From Octopus sinensis (taxonomy: Eukaryota): a stretch of DNA of 64,000 nucleotides. Of the stretch, positions 51,081 to 64,000 are shown piece after piece. The notes under the pieces were generated by a model. It did not search any database, was not told the origin of the DNA, and saw nothing but the letters and a program-made list of their open reading frames with translations. The translations under genes and the position numbers were made by a program. Numbering within the stretch: position 1 is the first letter of the stretch; every line of letters begins with the position of its first letter. Location of the stretch: contig NC_043006.1 in assembly GCF_006345805.1 (NCBI RefSeq), forward strand, positions 73,346,001 to 73,410,000, read 5' to 3'.

Positions 51081-51249
51081 TGTAGTTAACCTCGGTGAAA
51101 CATGGACGCAGAAAGTAAAGAGAGACGAAATTTCGTTGAGCATTTAAAGCGGAGTGTTAACGATGCTGCCAGCTTGCTGCCTTTCGCTGCCTCTATCTTA
51201 AAAACAATTAGAAGTATAGTGGGTTAGCAGAATCATTTTTATCGTATAT

Positions 51250-51647
51250 AGATCTTTTCGGTTTGAACGGCAGTTTTTTCTAGCGGTGTCATATGAAATT
51301 GTCACCCATAATCTATTGCATTTCAATCTGTTTTAGGGTTAGGGTTAGGGATGGGGGGAAGGGTATCTTTTTTTCTTCACAAATGTAAATAAACCCAATC
51401 TGTTTCTTAAACGAGGGACATATTCATACGGCACAGAATGTTTTCACCTCAATAGACGTCATTTGATTGGTTGAAATTGCAGAAATTGAAGAAAAAAACA
51501 ACAAATATCTTACAAACTATAGAATTTTCTCAATAAAGCCAAGAGAAAAAGATGTTTTATAAACACATTCTACCAGTATACGAAGTTAAAAATTTTTTAG
51601 TTACCTAGAAATTATGTTAAAAACTGCCATTCAAACCGAAAAGATCC
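51250..51647 (+). mobile_element. TTAGGG-containing MITE copy 4
   Basis: TIRs plus 8-bp TSD tcgtatat. Confidence 0.93.
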
Positions 51648-51649
51648 TC

Positions 51650-51690
<41 letters not shown>

Positions 51691-51693
<3 letters not shown>

Positions 51694-51910
51694 GAAGAGG
51701 TGCTGAAAAGTTCTTGGCTTTGGGTAAAAGAAAACACAGGAGGATCCGTTAATTATGATTTTATTCAACGTATTCCGCTTTCAGATTCATAAACTTATTG
51801 CAGCGGTCCTTCAGTTTTTCTAAGCCCTGCAAAAGAACTCAGAAGTTTAGGCCTTCAACCAGGCCTTTCACGACACCCTTAAAACCAGGAATTTTTCAGC
51901 ATCCCTCTCA
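51691..51910. mobile_element. Mariner-type MITE (~220 bp)
   Basis: tacgaagaggtgctgaaaagttcttggcttt / aaaaccaggaatttttcagcatccctctc imperfect TIRs, TA context. Confidence 0.7.
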
Positions 51911-52469
51911 CGCACACACACACACGGTATGTGATGGGTTTTTGTTCAGTTTCAGTTTATAGAATTCACTCAAAAGGCATTTGTCGACTCGTGCCACGCA
52001 ATGAGATGAAGCTGGAAATCACACAGTTGATTACAAAATTACAAAAAAAATAAAAAAAATAACAATAATGGAATTTGCATCGGTGTTCATTATTGTAATC
52101 AGCTGCTTCAAAAAACAATTTCGAAATTAATGTTTTCCAATTTGCGGAATTTCATATTTTCATTATGTCCTTGAGTGAATCACCTCATTTCACACTGTTC
52201 CAGTTCAATCAGCTGGTAAAAAGCAATAATATTGCGACAAACTGGCAGAGATGAATATATACGCCAGAGAAACCGGGAAACCGATCCCTGCTCCTTACGG
52301 AATAATGTGAACTATCCATAAGGAAGATTTGACAATCATCTTTTGATAGGTCAAGTAGGAAGCTCCATTTATTGGCAGGTGAGTGTCATCCTGCAAGGGA
52401 GATTTAATTTACCATTGCAAGTTACAGTGATATATTGATCCTTTTACTAATGCTAATATGCTAACAGTG

Positions 52470-52762
52470 GAAGCTCATGGCCTAGTGATTAGAGCAGCGG
52501 TCGAAGGATCGCGGGTTCGAATCTCAGACCGGGCGATGTGTGTGTTTATGAGCGAAACACCTAAGCTCCACGCGGCTCTGGCAGAAGGTAATGGCGAACT
52601 TCTGCTGACTCTTTCGCCACAACTTTCTCTCATTCTTGCCTCCTGCATCTAGCAGCTCACCTGCGACGGACCGGCGTCCCGTTCAGGTGGGGAACCTATA
52701 CGCAAAGGAAACAGGGAAACTGGCCATTATGAGCCAGGCGTGGCTCGAGAAGGAACAAACAA
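52470..52762 (+). mobile_element. tRNA-derived CORE-type SINE (OR-like sibling) with a V-domain-like 3' segment
   Basis: Shares its 5' half with 30699-31087; 3' part has tgcgacggaccggcgtcccgttcagg; tail (caaa)n. Confidence 0.7.
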
Positions 52763-54626
52763 AATAATATACTAACTGTTTGAGCTAGATGAACTGAGCT
52801 GTTGTCTTATACATTATGTAACAATCCAATTTCTCTTTTAATCATTTGCTATTTCTGAAAAAAAACAAATTATTGCTCGACTAATTTGCCTTATCTTTCT
52901 TGAAATGTATTCTGTTCTCTACATTATGTTTCTTTCAATCGAAGATTAAGTCTGCTCAGAAAATCGACCTGTATAAATAAGCTACAAAATATGAAGTTCA
53001 CAGACAGGGATATTGCAAAGGGTCATAAACTATTGAACATCTTGATAATCATAATCTCATACATCGATGTCCACTGTATTGTAAGGTAAACTGCTTGATC
53101 TTGTGACACCTCCGTTCAAGCGATCCTCATTTGCTTGTCTTGTTACGCATGCTATACTTATCTAATAACATAAAACTTGCATAAACCTCTACGTACACTC
53201 AGTCATTTTTCTCCATTTTTCTCCATACGTACACTCAGTCAATTTTCCCTTCGTAACTTTTACCTGCAGACACCTTTAAGAGGAACACCAAATTAAACGC
53301 GTCATTCTCATCAATCGCGGAGAACCTACGCAGGCCATGACATCAATTACTCCTCTCAAGAATGTCGGACAGGATGCTTCAGAATATTTGTTCTGATTAG
53401 GCGGCAAGCTGGCAGAATCGTTACTGCATCGGACAAAAATGCTTAGCGTCATGTCTTCTGACTCTCTATGTTTTGATTTCAAATTCCCCGAGGAATTGCC
53501 TTTCATCCTTTTAGCGTCTATAAAATAAGTATCAGTCAAGTTCCTCTAAAATTGCTGGCCTTATGTCAAATTTAAAACCATATATTCGGAGAGCAGGTAG
53601 AATCATTAGCGTACCGAACAAAATGCTTCGTAGCATTTCTTCCGGTTTCATGTCATGAGTTTCAATTACACCGAGGCCGACTTTACATTTCATTCTTTTA
53701 GGGTCGATAAATAAGTACCAGTTGAGTACAGGGGTCGATGTAATCGACTAGCTCTCCTCCTCCAACATTTCAGAACTTGAGCCTATAATGGAAAGGATAT
53801 TTATTTCAACTGTCTTCGCTCTGGGTTCAATTTCCGTCGAAGTCAACTTTACTTTCCATCATTTCGGGGTTGATAATAAAGTACCATTCTAGGACTGGCG
53901 GAACAGCTAGAGCGTCGAATCGGATGCCTTGCAGCATTTGTGCTGGCTCATTACATTCTGAGTTCAAATACAACCACAGTCTATGGCGGCGAGCTGGCAG
54001 AATCGTTAGCACGCTGGATGAAATGCTTAGCGGTACGTTCTGAGTTCAAATTCCGCCGAGGCCGACTTTGCCTTTTATCATTTCGGGGTCGGTAAAATAG
54101 GTACCAGAGAAACACTGGGGTTGATGTAACTGACTAGTCTCCTCCCCCAAAATTTCAGGCCTTGTGCCTAGAGTAAAAAAGAAATATAACCACAGTCTAC
54201 TTGGGAGACTCAACCAGTTAGCTGGTTTAACACCATTGCCTGGTATCTTGTGTACTTTTAGCGAAGTCCATTCTATTGTAAAAGTTTGAGTCAGGTTTCC
54301 AGTTTGTGGGTATATTCCTTCTTCCTTCCCACCTATCCACCAATCCTGGAGGGTCTTGAACAGGTTTTGAGCATTAAGCCTATCTCCTGACCAAAAGACT
54401 AAAATAAAGCAAAGCAATTCAGTTTTTAGAACATAAATACTTTGATATTACTCGTCTAGTATTATGAGAAAGATTAATGAGAAAAACGTTACTAAAGTTA
54501 ACCTGTTCATTAAAAAAAGACGTGAAATGAGTGAAAAAACCCAGATGTGTTACAGACGATTCACTAAGTACACAGAGGTTAACAATTGTAAAGATAAAAA
54601 AAATTTCCATCAGAAGGAAGAAATGT

Positions 54627-54628
54627 AT

Positions 54629-54676
<48 letters not shown>

Positions 54677-54678
54677 TC

Positions 54679-54750
<72 letters not shown>
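54627..54750. repeat. (TTTC)n microsatellite
   Basis: Direct reading. Confidence 0.97.
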
Positions 54751-54752
<2 letters not shown>

Positions 54753-56346
54753 CGCTCTCCCCATAACTGAGTAATTTCTCTTAGAATTTCAGTTTAGTTA
54801 TCTTCAGAAATAAATATTTCCACAAGAAAATAAAGGAGGTATTTGGCATTTACTCTGCACATGAGATATAATCTAAAAAAAAAAAAAAACGCATAGACTT
54901 GGAGGTAAAAAAAGAAAAAAAAAGGAATGAAAAGAAGCTATTTGAGGTAAAAAAAAGAAGAAAAAAAACTGCATTTAAAAGAACATTGGAAATTGGGAAT
55001 GAAAGACGTAACTTAGTATGAGGATATAGATCCTGAAATGAACAGAACTAACATGACTGTATCCGTAAATAGAATTTCTGTCAGCGGCTATATGAAAAAT
55101 TTGGGATATGGATGAAAAATTCATAAGAAATTCTGTTTTAAAGAATCTCAGTGTTTAAAGAAATTTTATGTGGCGAGGGATATGTAGAGCAAACGATAAG
55201 CTGTTAACATATCTAGAGAATAACACGGTTCCGATACTACTAGTAGTATCTTGGCTTAATTGTGAGAGTGTTGGATAGATTACATTCTCTTTATTCTTTT
55301 ACTTGTTTCAGTCATTTTGACTGCGGCCATGCTGGAGCACCGCCTTCAGTCGAGCAAATCGACCCCGGGACTTATTCTTTCTAAGCCCAGTACTTATTCT
55401 ATCGGTCTCTTTTTGCCGAACCGCTAAGTGACGGGGACATAAACACACCAGCATCGGTTGTCAAGCAATGCTAGGGAGACAAACACAGACACACAAACAC
55501 ACACACACATACATATATATATATACATATATACGACAGGCTTCTTTCAGTTTCCGTCTACCAAATCCACTCACAAAGGCATTGGAAGGCCCGGGGCTAT
55601 AGCAGAAGACACTTGCCCAAGGTGCCACGCAGTGGGACTGAACCCGGAACCATGTGGTTCGTAAGCAAGCTACTTATCACACAGCCACTCCTGCGCCTGG
55701 AATACAAACTGGAATACATTGCTGTATTCGTTACAGATCTTTGTGATTTGAGTTCAAGCAGCACCGAGGTTAACTTTGATTTTCATCCTTTCGGGATTGA
55801 TAAATAAAGTACCAGTGCAGGACTGGGATGAATTCTTCTCTGTTTCTATCTGTCTGTTTGACACTCTTTCTGGAAAAAATCGTGCGAGGTTATACTTGGA
55901 TTCCATCAAACATTGATAATGTTCCAGTCATGTTTTATATCATGGTGGTGTCCCTGAACCTTAACAAAGCGTTGAAGATCATCAATATATAAGACATACT
56001 CCGCTAATAACTTTCGAAAAAGTATGGATGCGACATCATATTTTCCCCCTTAAATTAATAGAACCCTTGCAGCTAAATGATGGAGATGATATTTTATGAA
56101 TTTAGATTTAAATAAAAAATTTGATCAAATATTAACTACAACCAGTTCATTTAACAAATAAATTGAACAGTGCTATCAAGTATCAACAAAAGAGCTGTGC
56201 TACGTGGCTACTAAAAATTCTACAAATGACAGCTTCAAATTTTCCTTAAATGGCAACTTAAGGAAAACATATTAGATTATGTAGTCGACTGTAAATTTAA
56301 AATCTACTGTAGCTTTAAAAAAAGGTAGGTTGGCTGCGGTTGGATT

Positions 56347-56757
56347 GGATCTTTTCGGTTTGAACGGCAGTTTTTTCTAGCGGTGTTATATGAAATTGTC
56401 ACCCATAATTATGACCCTAGTATCGATCTATGGCATTTCAATCTGTTTTAGAGTTAGGGTTAGGGGTGGGGGGAAGGGTATCTTTTTTTCTCCAGAAATG
56501 TAAATAAACCCAATCTGTTAAACGAGGGACATATTCATACGGCACATAATGTTTTCACCTCAATAGACGTCATTGATTGGTTGAAATTGCAGAAATTGAA
56601 GAAAAAACAACAAATATCTTACATACTATAGAATTTTCTCAATAAAGCCAAGAGAAAAAGATGTTTTATAAACACATTCTACCAGTATACGAAGTTTAAA
56701 AGTGTTTAGTTACGTGGAAATTATATTAAAAAACTGCCGTTCAAACCGAAAAGATCC
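56347..56757 (+). mobile_element. TTAGGG-containing MITE copy 5
   Basis: TIRs plus 8-bp TSD gttggatt. Confidence 0.93.
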
Positions 56758-57133
56758 GTTGGATTGTCTGTGAATATAGGTTTCCCCGAGTAAAGCTAAG
56801 TTGAAGCTAAACGGCGATGATGACAAAAGCGCTGGTGCCGCTGCATAACTAATTTATAGCAAAGTGTTTTGACCAAGGACACAAAGCCTATGTTGATGTT
56901 GTGTTATGAACTACTGACCACTCAGTTCAATGTCCAGCAGGCTAACAACCGGAATATGAAGAAATTGATGATAATCTGCACCGCCAACAATTAAACCAGA
57001 GATTTATAGAAGAGCTCATTGAGAGATCATATAGGTGCAGGCAGGTTTCAGGATAACTACATTGAATGTGTGCGTGCGTGTGTATGTGTGTACGTGCGCG
57101 TGAGTGTGTACGTGCGTGCGTATGTGTGTTTAT

Positions 57134-57171
<38 letters not shown>

Positions 57172-57429
57172 CTATATACAAGAGTAAAGACCTCCGTCGG
57201 TCACGAATGACCATGGGATTGCACCTAGAAAGTTCCCTTCCGAGGAACAAGGTTGTTTGCGGGAGACCAGCAGTCGCCCATGCATTCCAGTATCCCCGCA
57301 CCTGGTCCCCAATATCGTCGAAGGGAGAGGCAAAGGCCGATACAGCTTGGAGCTGAGTAGACTGGACCAACTAACCAATTCACCGCCTTAATAATAATAA
57401 TAATAATAAAAATAAATTCTGGTTACTAT

Positions 57430-57940
57430 GATAATGTACATTGTTTTGTCTTGGGATAAAAGATGTGCTACAGTAAATATTCTGCTCAGTACCACAGATT
57501 TTCTTGTCAGTTGTTTGGTGGCTGACGATATGTGCATCTCTGATCATGAGCAGGAGTAGTAGCGGAGCATCATAGCCATGTGCTGAGAGGAATTCTTTGG
57601 GGGTTTGGATAATTCACCTCTGGAAACATGAGTGGTTCGTTCAGCATCCTTAAACAACCCTTATTCAGGGACCTTTTGAGCGGGATGGACTACTCGACCT
57701 GAAGAAAATTCTAACTGGGTCCTACCTGCAAGGTCATGCGCTGTTAATCTTGATATGAGATCACCATGTCACGCACATATGGTTGAGATGCATGTACTTT
57801 CTGTACCCTTAACAGACAGGTAGTCATGATGGGTATATTGGGCTTCGTATATTTGTACCCGAGTGTCACTTAGACGGCATGCATTGCTCTCTCACTCAAT
57901 AATAATGACAACAACAACAACAACAATAATAATAATAATA
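57430..57940 (+). mobile_element. Interspersed repeat ending in (AAT/AAC)n, probable LINE 3' UTR or SINE-like; second copy at ~60620-60900
   Basis: Two colinear copies in the window (catccttaaacaac..ttattcagg.accttttg...ctgcaagg...cttgatatgagatc...gtgtcact); no ORF recognised. Confidence 0.6.
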
Positions 57941-58420
57941 AATCTTTTACATGTTGACACAAGTCCAGCAGTTTTAGAGGGACAAGTTGATTGCATCGAC
58001 CCTAGTTCTTGACAGGTTTTTTTTCTTTTATCGACACCGAAAGGATGAAAGGCAAAGTTGACCTCAGTGGTGTTTGAAAATCGAATGTAAAGAGCGCGAA
58101 GAAATACAGCGAAACACTTCTAGAATCCACCGCCCTTACTTTTGATAAGAGCAACAACAACAACAACAACAATCATAACAACAAATGCAAAACGCTTTTA
58201 TAATGCAATATCCAACTCCATTTTGTTTTGCGAGAACGCTTTATCTTATAAGACACTTTAACCTTTCACTGCATCAGAGGCAAAGTTTCCAATGAATTCC
58301 TCTGATAAAGCTGTCGGCTGATAAGTTAATGTGGGTATGTTATATGATATAAAGTGGAACAAATGATTTTGTTGTGAGGAAGAATATTAGTGTCTAATGT
58401 ACTGGGCAGAAACTCTTCGT

Positions 58421-58559
<139 letters not shown>

Positions 58560-58819
58560 TGAGGTGAGAGAGAAACGAAATGTTTTGTTTTGTATAGTTG
58601 TATTGTTAAGTCTTAGAAAAGAAAGGCTGACGCCCAGGACCTTACTGTAGGGCGTCTGAGATTACTTAGCTAGCGGGGTTCGGTGGCAGAAGGGAGGGAT
58701 ATAACACAGCTAAATGGGTATCGTTAAACGGACAAGTTTGGTCCGAATGCTAACAACAATACTGAATTAATTGACAGGACACGGCGAGGGTGAAGCCCTC
58801 TCCACAAAAAGCAAGCAAG

Positions 58820-58865
<46 letters not shown>

Positions 58866-58893
58866 CACCACTACTACTACAACTACTACTACA

Positions 58894-58925
<32 letters not shown>

Positions 58926-58979
58926 CACTACCACCACCACTACTACTACCACCACCACCACCGCCACTACTACCACTAT

Positions 58980-59015
<36 letters not shown>

Positions 59016-59094
59016 CACCACCACCACCACCACCACCACTACTACTACTACTACTACCACCACCACCACCACCACCAACAACAACAACTGTAAA

Positions 59095-60345
59095 TGAAGG
59101 TTTTACCAAAGAGGAATATCCTTGTCATTCCTTTCAGCCTCGTCCATCAGACAACTTCTTTCGCCACAGCAACAAGGCAAAGGAAAATTGCCTTGCCTCC
59201 CGATTAAAGGAGGGCAGCGAGGTAATTATCACTATGAACCCGGACGACTGACGGATACATCCCACACGTGACAGCAGCTGTTCGACATAACTTCTCAATC
59301 AGCAATTATCGGACACTGAAAGAGTGCATGCCGAACGGTTTTGTCGCTCGGCGCGCACCTCAAGCAAGCCTGTCTGACAGCACATCCGTGCCTGTAGAGA
59401 TTATCTCGAACCGGTTGTGCTCCCCACCCAGTAGCACTGCCAAGCCAAAGACATCTGGAAAGTCCCCGACCGGTAAGTCCTCCGGAATAGACTAGCCAGT
59501 TCATCTTCGTCAACGCCCAGCGTCTCCCCTAGGACGTCGTCGTACTTTCCCGCCACTTATCCTTTATAAATAGCCAAAGTGGAACAGACACCAGTCCTAT
59601 TGCCCGACTGGTAGAGGACAGTGAGCGCTTGGTCTATCTTTCAATTAAGATTGCAGTCAAAGAGACGTGTTGCGGAAATACGTGCCTCACAAACGGAGCT
59701 CACACACATTCACTTTCTAGAAATCGTTGCAGGCGGTGCAACCTGAGTGCATGTCTGTGCATCAAAAGCCACGGCATGCCTAAGCCACTACTCAGACACT
59801 CAAAGGGAGCTGACAGCAGACTGACCGCCTGACCATTGGAACGCATCTCTTCCACAAGAACATGAACAAGAGACGCTGCAACTTCATCAAGCAATAACTG
59901 GGACAAGGCATGACGGTCAAACGATAAATGATAACGAAGGTGGTGTAGGTATTCGCCATCTCTGCCCGACCTTTCAAGGACAGCTTCCTCTTAGCCCATT
60001 TCTGGGTAAGACTGACCACCCTGTTCGTCACTTCGTCCCAGTTATCTACCTATAGGTCGGAATCAAACCAGATCCCGAGCAGTTTAACTGGTCAGTTAGT
60101 CCAGTGTCCGATGGCGCCGTCTGACGGCTTCCATCTGCCTCTCCAGGTGCTCAGTCGCAAGCCCACCAACTTAACGGCATTGATTTTAGTCCCTGCAACC
60201 GACTCATATTCTTCTAGAATGGAGCCGACTATCTCCACTTCGGAGGCGTTCGACACCATGACGGTGACATCGTCCACATATGCAAACGCTGTTCTTCCGA
60301 GCCCCAGTTCGAAAGGGATGTCCCTCAATTGTTCCAGATCGTATC
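59095..60345 (-). mobile_element. Decayed Tx1-group ORF2 3' fragment, paralogous to 38531-41931
   Basis: AFAYVDDVTV, YESVAGTKIN, LSLKGRAEMAN, GLGMPWL.M.RHALRL, CLRC..SDKTVRHALFQCP spread over several frames. Confidence 0.88.
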
Positions 60346-60386
60346 TTGATAGGTCAGCAGATAAGCAGATGAGGATAGTAGAAAGA

Positions 60387-60440
<54 letters not shown>

Positions 60441-62629
60441 GACGTCAGCCGGGGAAATCATACATGTTGGACCTCCGTAATTTGTGTTTAATCAAGAATT
60501 TGCTGGCTGCAGCCCGTTTATTCAAAATTTTACTTAACAAGTATTTGCTTACATTGTTTGGATCGTGGTGTTAATATTTTGTGTAATTGCACCCCCTTTT
60601 TTGGGGTGTAATAATTGTTTGGGTTTGAATAATTCAACTTTGGAAGCATGAGTATTTCGTTCAACATCCTTAAACAACTCTTATTCAGGAACCTTTTGAC
60701 CCGAAGAAAATTCTTACTGGGCCCAACCTGCAAGGTGATGCGCAGTTTATCTTGATATGAGATCGCTATATCACGCACATATGGTTATGATGCATGTGCC
60801 TAGACGGTTAGTCATGATGGTTATACAGGGCCTTCGTATATTTTACTCCAGTGTCACTCTGATGGCATGCACTGTTCTCTAACTCAATGATAATAATATT
60901 TGATCATAGGCTAGCTGGATCAAGGCCAACTATGGGCAAAAAAAAAAAAAGGGCCGCTAAGTTTCTTTAGATCATTATAGTATTTTCTTCAGCGTAGCTT
61001 GGAAACACCAGAGAATGTAATTAAAGGGTAACTCTTTTACTCTTTTACTTGTTTCAGTCATTTGACTGTGGCCATGCTGGAGCACCGTCTTTAGTCGAGG
61101 AAATCGACCCCAGGACTTATTCTATAAAAGCCTAGTACTTATTCTATCGGTCCATTTTTGCCGAACCGCTAAGTTAAGGGGACGTAAACACACCAGCATC
61201 GGTTGTCAAGCGATGTTGGGGGAACAAACACAGACACACGCACACGCACACACACACACACACACACACCACACACACACACACACACACAGAGACATAT
61301 ATACGACGGGATTCTTTCAGTTTCCGTCTACCAAATCCACTCACAAGGCTTTGGTCGGCCCGAGGCTATAGTAGAAGACACTTGCGCAAGGTGCCATGCA
61401 GTGGAACTGAACCCGGGACCGTGTGGTTCGTAATCAAGCTACTTACCACACAGCCACTCCTACGCCTATAAATGAACAGAATACCATAAAAATTCTAAAC
61501 TAATTAAAAAAACTGATTAACAAAAAAATCTTAATTGAAATTTTCCTCTTAGTTGAAGAAACTAATCAAAATTCTACTGACAAATATTAACAATTTTCAA
61601 AGAAAAGGGGAGATAATTTTTCCCAAATGAGGAGACATGGCATTGTGGTAAGAAGTTTGCTCCCCAATTACGTGATTTCGGGTTCAGTACCATTGCGTGG
61701 TGCTTTGAGCATGTCTTCTACTGTAGCAGGTCAAAGTCTTGTGAGTGGTTTTGCCAGACGGAACTGAAGGAAGCCCGTCTTATACATATTTATCTTTTAC
61801 ATGTTTCAGCCATCTGACTGCGGCCATGCGGGGGCACCACCTTGAAGGGTTTTAGGCGGACCAATTGACCCCCCCGCCAGGACCAGTTTTTTTTAAAATC
61901 CTGATACTTATTCTATCATTCTCTTTTGTCGAACCGATGAGTTACGGGGTCGTAAATACACCAACACAGCGGTGGGAGACAGACACAAAGGCACGCATAC
62001 ATAGACACTCACTCACACCCCCACATACGCACACACACGCACACACACACACACATATATATGCATATACGTCGGGCTTCTTTCAGTTTCCGTCTACCAA
62101 ATCTACTCACAAGGTTTTGGTCAGTCTGAGGCTAGAGTAGAAGTCACTTGCCCATGGTTCCACGAAGTAGAATTGAATCTGGAATCATGTGGTTGGGAAG
62201 CAAGCTTCTTAGACTTAAATTAGTACTGAGGTTGATTTGTTTAAACCAATAGCCTTCAAAGCGGTGCCCCAGCTTGGCCGTAGTCCTATGACTGCAACAA
62301 GTAAAAAATAAAGCATAATTAAAAATCCGCAAGTGGAGTTACATGGTTTTGGGGCAAAAAAGCTTGGGGTGGGGGGACATGTTTCAGCCCAATAAACTTC
62401 ATCAGCATAGTATATCGTCTATCCCGGATAGGAGAATTTGGTGGTACATATAGTGGTATATATATACTTAAAGTGTCAGGACAGTCATGTTTGGAATGCA
62501 TTTGGTAATAACTCTATTCGAACTGTGTTGACTTGAGACCAAACCACTACCACCGTCACAACAACAATAGAAACCACATCGAACTGCAGCCTAAACTTTT
62601 GCTACACGTACTTTACATAAATGTTATTA

Positions 62630-63252
62630 TCACCATCACCATCACCATCACCACACCCACCACCACCACCGCCACCACAACCACCGCCACCACCACCACC
62701 ACCACCACCACCACCACCACCGCCCTCAACACCACCACCGCCGCCGCTCTCAACACCACCACCGCCGCCGCCCTCAACACCACCACTACCACTACCACCG
62801 CCTCCGCCGCCTCCGCCGCCTCCGCCGCCTCCGCCGCCTCCGCCGCCTCCGCCGCCTCCGCCGCCTCCGCCGCCTCCGCCACCACCACCACCACAACCAC
62901 CACCACCACCGCCGCCGCCGCCGCCGCCACCACCACCACCACCGCCGCTGCAGCTGCTGCTTCTACTACCACCACCACCACCACCACCACCACCACCACC
63001 ACCACCACCGCCGCCGCCCTCAACACCACCACCGCCGCCGCTCTCAACACCACCACCGCCGCCGCCCTCAACACCACCACTACCACTACCACCGCCTCCG
63101 CCGCCTCCGCCGCCTCCGCCGCCTCCGCCACCACCACCACCACAACCACCACCACCGCCGCCGCCGCCGCCGCCACCACCACCACCACCGCCGCTGCAGC
63201 TGCTGCTTCTACTACCACCACCACCACCACCACCACCACCACCACCACCACC

Positions 63253-63299
<47 letters not shown>

Positions 63300-63381
63300 A
63301 AGCACCTCTACCGCAACACCGCATCGCCACCATTATCACTACTTCACTAGTACCACCACTACCACCACCATCACTGCTGCA

Positions 63382-63437
<56 letters not shown>

Positions 63438-63543
63438 AAGCACCACTACCTCAACACCGCCACCACCACCACCACCATTATCACTACATCACTAGTACCG
63501 CCTCCACCACCAGCACCACCACCACCACCAAAAACAGCAGCAG

Positions 63544-63574
<31 letters not shown>

Positions 63575-63893
63575 ACCAACAGCAGCAGCAGCAACAACAA
63601 CAACAGTAGCAGTGTAAGCGTAAGCTTCAGAAAGAAGAACTGTGCATGTAAGATAAGCATTATGGTTGTTTATGATGCTTGTGGTGCTTCTGAGGAAGAC
63701 GACGGATGCCTGTTTGGTGCATCAACATCAGGTGGAGATTCTCAAATTCTCAGCTACTTTTTTTTTCACCGAAAATTCTACCCTACCACTCACCACACAC
63801 CACCTTCATCATCATCATCATCATCATCATCACAATCACCATCATCATGATCATGATCATGATGATGATGATCATCGTCGTCGTCGTCATCAT

Positions 63894-63936
<43 letters not shown>

Positions 63937-64000
63937 GTCATCATCATCGTCATCATCCTCATCATCATCATCATCACCACCACATCATTATCATCATCAT
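62630..64000. repeat. Compound trinucleotide repeat (CCA/CCG/CTA/CAG/CAT) with higher-order duplication
   Basis: Block ~62697-62999 is repeated at ~63000-63250 with different (ccgcctccg) counts; (CAT)n from ~63805. Confidence 0.9.

Noticed and set aside
58750-59251. Poly-G/S, poly-V, poly-T and poly-L/P ORFs
   Set aside because: Translations of a (CTA)/(CCA) tract
62533-63850. 320-409-aa Thr/Pro-rich ORFs as real CDS
   Set aside because: Triplet repeats lacking stop codons in all frames; no signal peptide or domain

Overview
AT-rich, microsatellite-dense eukaryotic DNA. The SINE families and repeat landscape resemble an octopus (Octopus sp.) genome; this is inferred, not database-checked. 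No host protein-coding gene is recognisable, only a few weak candidate exons. The window is a retroelement and DNA-transposon landscape: a near-full-length Tx1/L1-group LINE (38.3-43.6 kb, minus; intact 518-aa ORF1, ORF2 with four frameshifts), two tandem ORF1-only relatives of it (21.8-24.7 kb), a second decayed Tx1 ORF2, RTE and CR1-type 3' fragments, two decayed mariners, a Charlie-type hAT MITE, five copies of an 8-bp-TSD MITE carrying TTAGGG repeats, and many tRNA-derived SINEs. The most striking signal is hidden in the (TA)n tracts. They repeatedly contain short inserts with type I hammerhead ribozyme motifs, including two unrelated ~490-bp tandem arrays with one ribozyme per unit. These inserts are often arranged as head-to-head foldbacks whose junctions lie at or near the ribozyme. 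A Penelope-like GIY-YIG endonuclease relic lies nearby. Together these suggest a Penelope/retrozyme system that targets (TA)n by microhomology and twin priming. A 100-N gap lies at 35321-35420. All folds and alignments were done by eye; boundaries are approximate unless a TSD or TIR fixes them.
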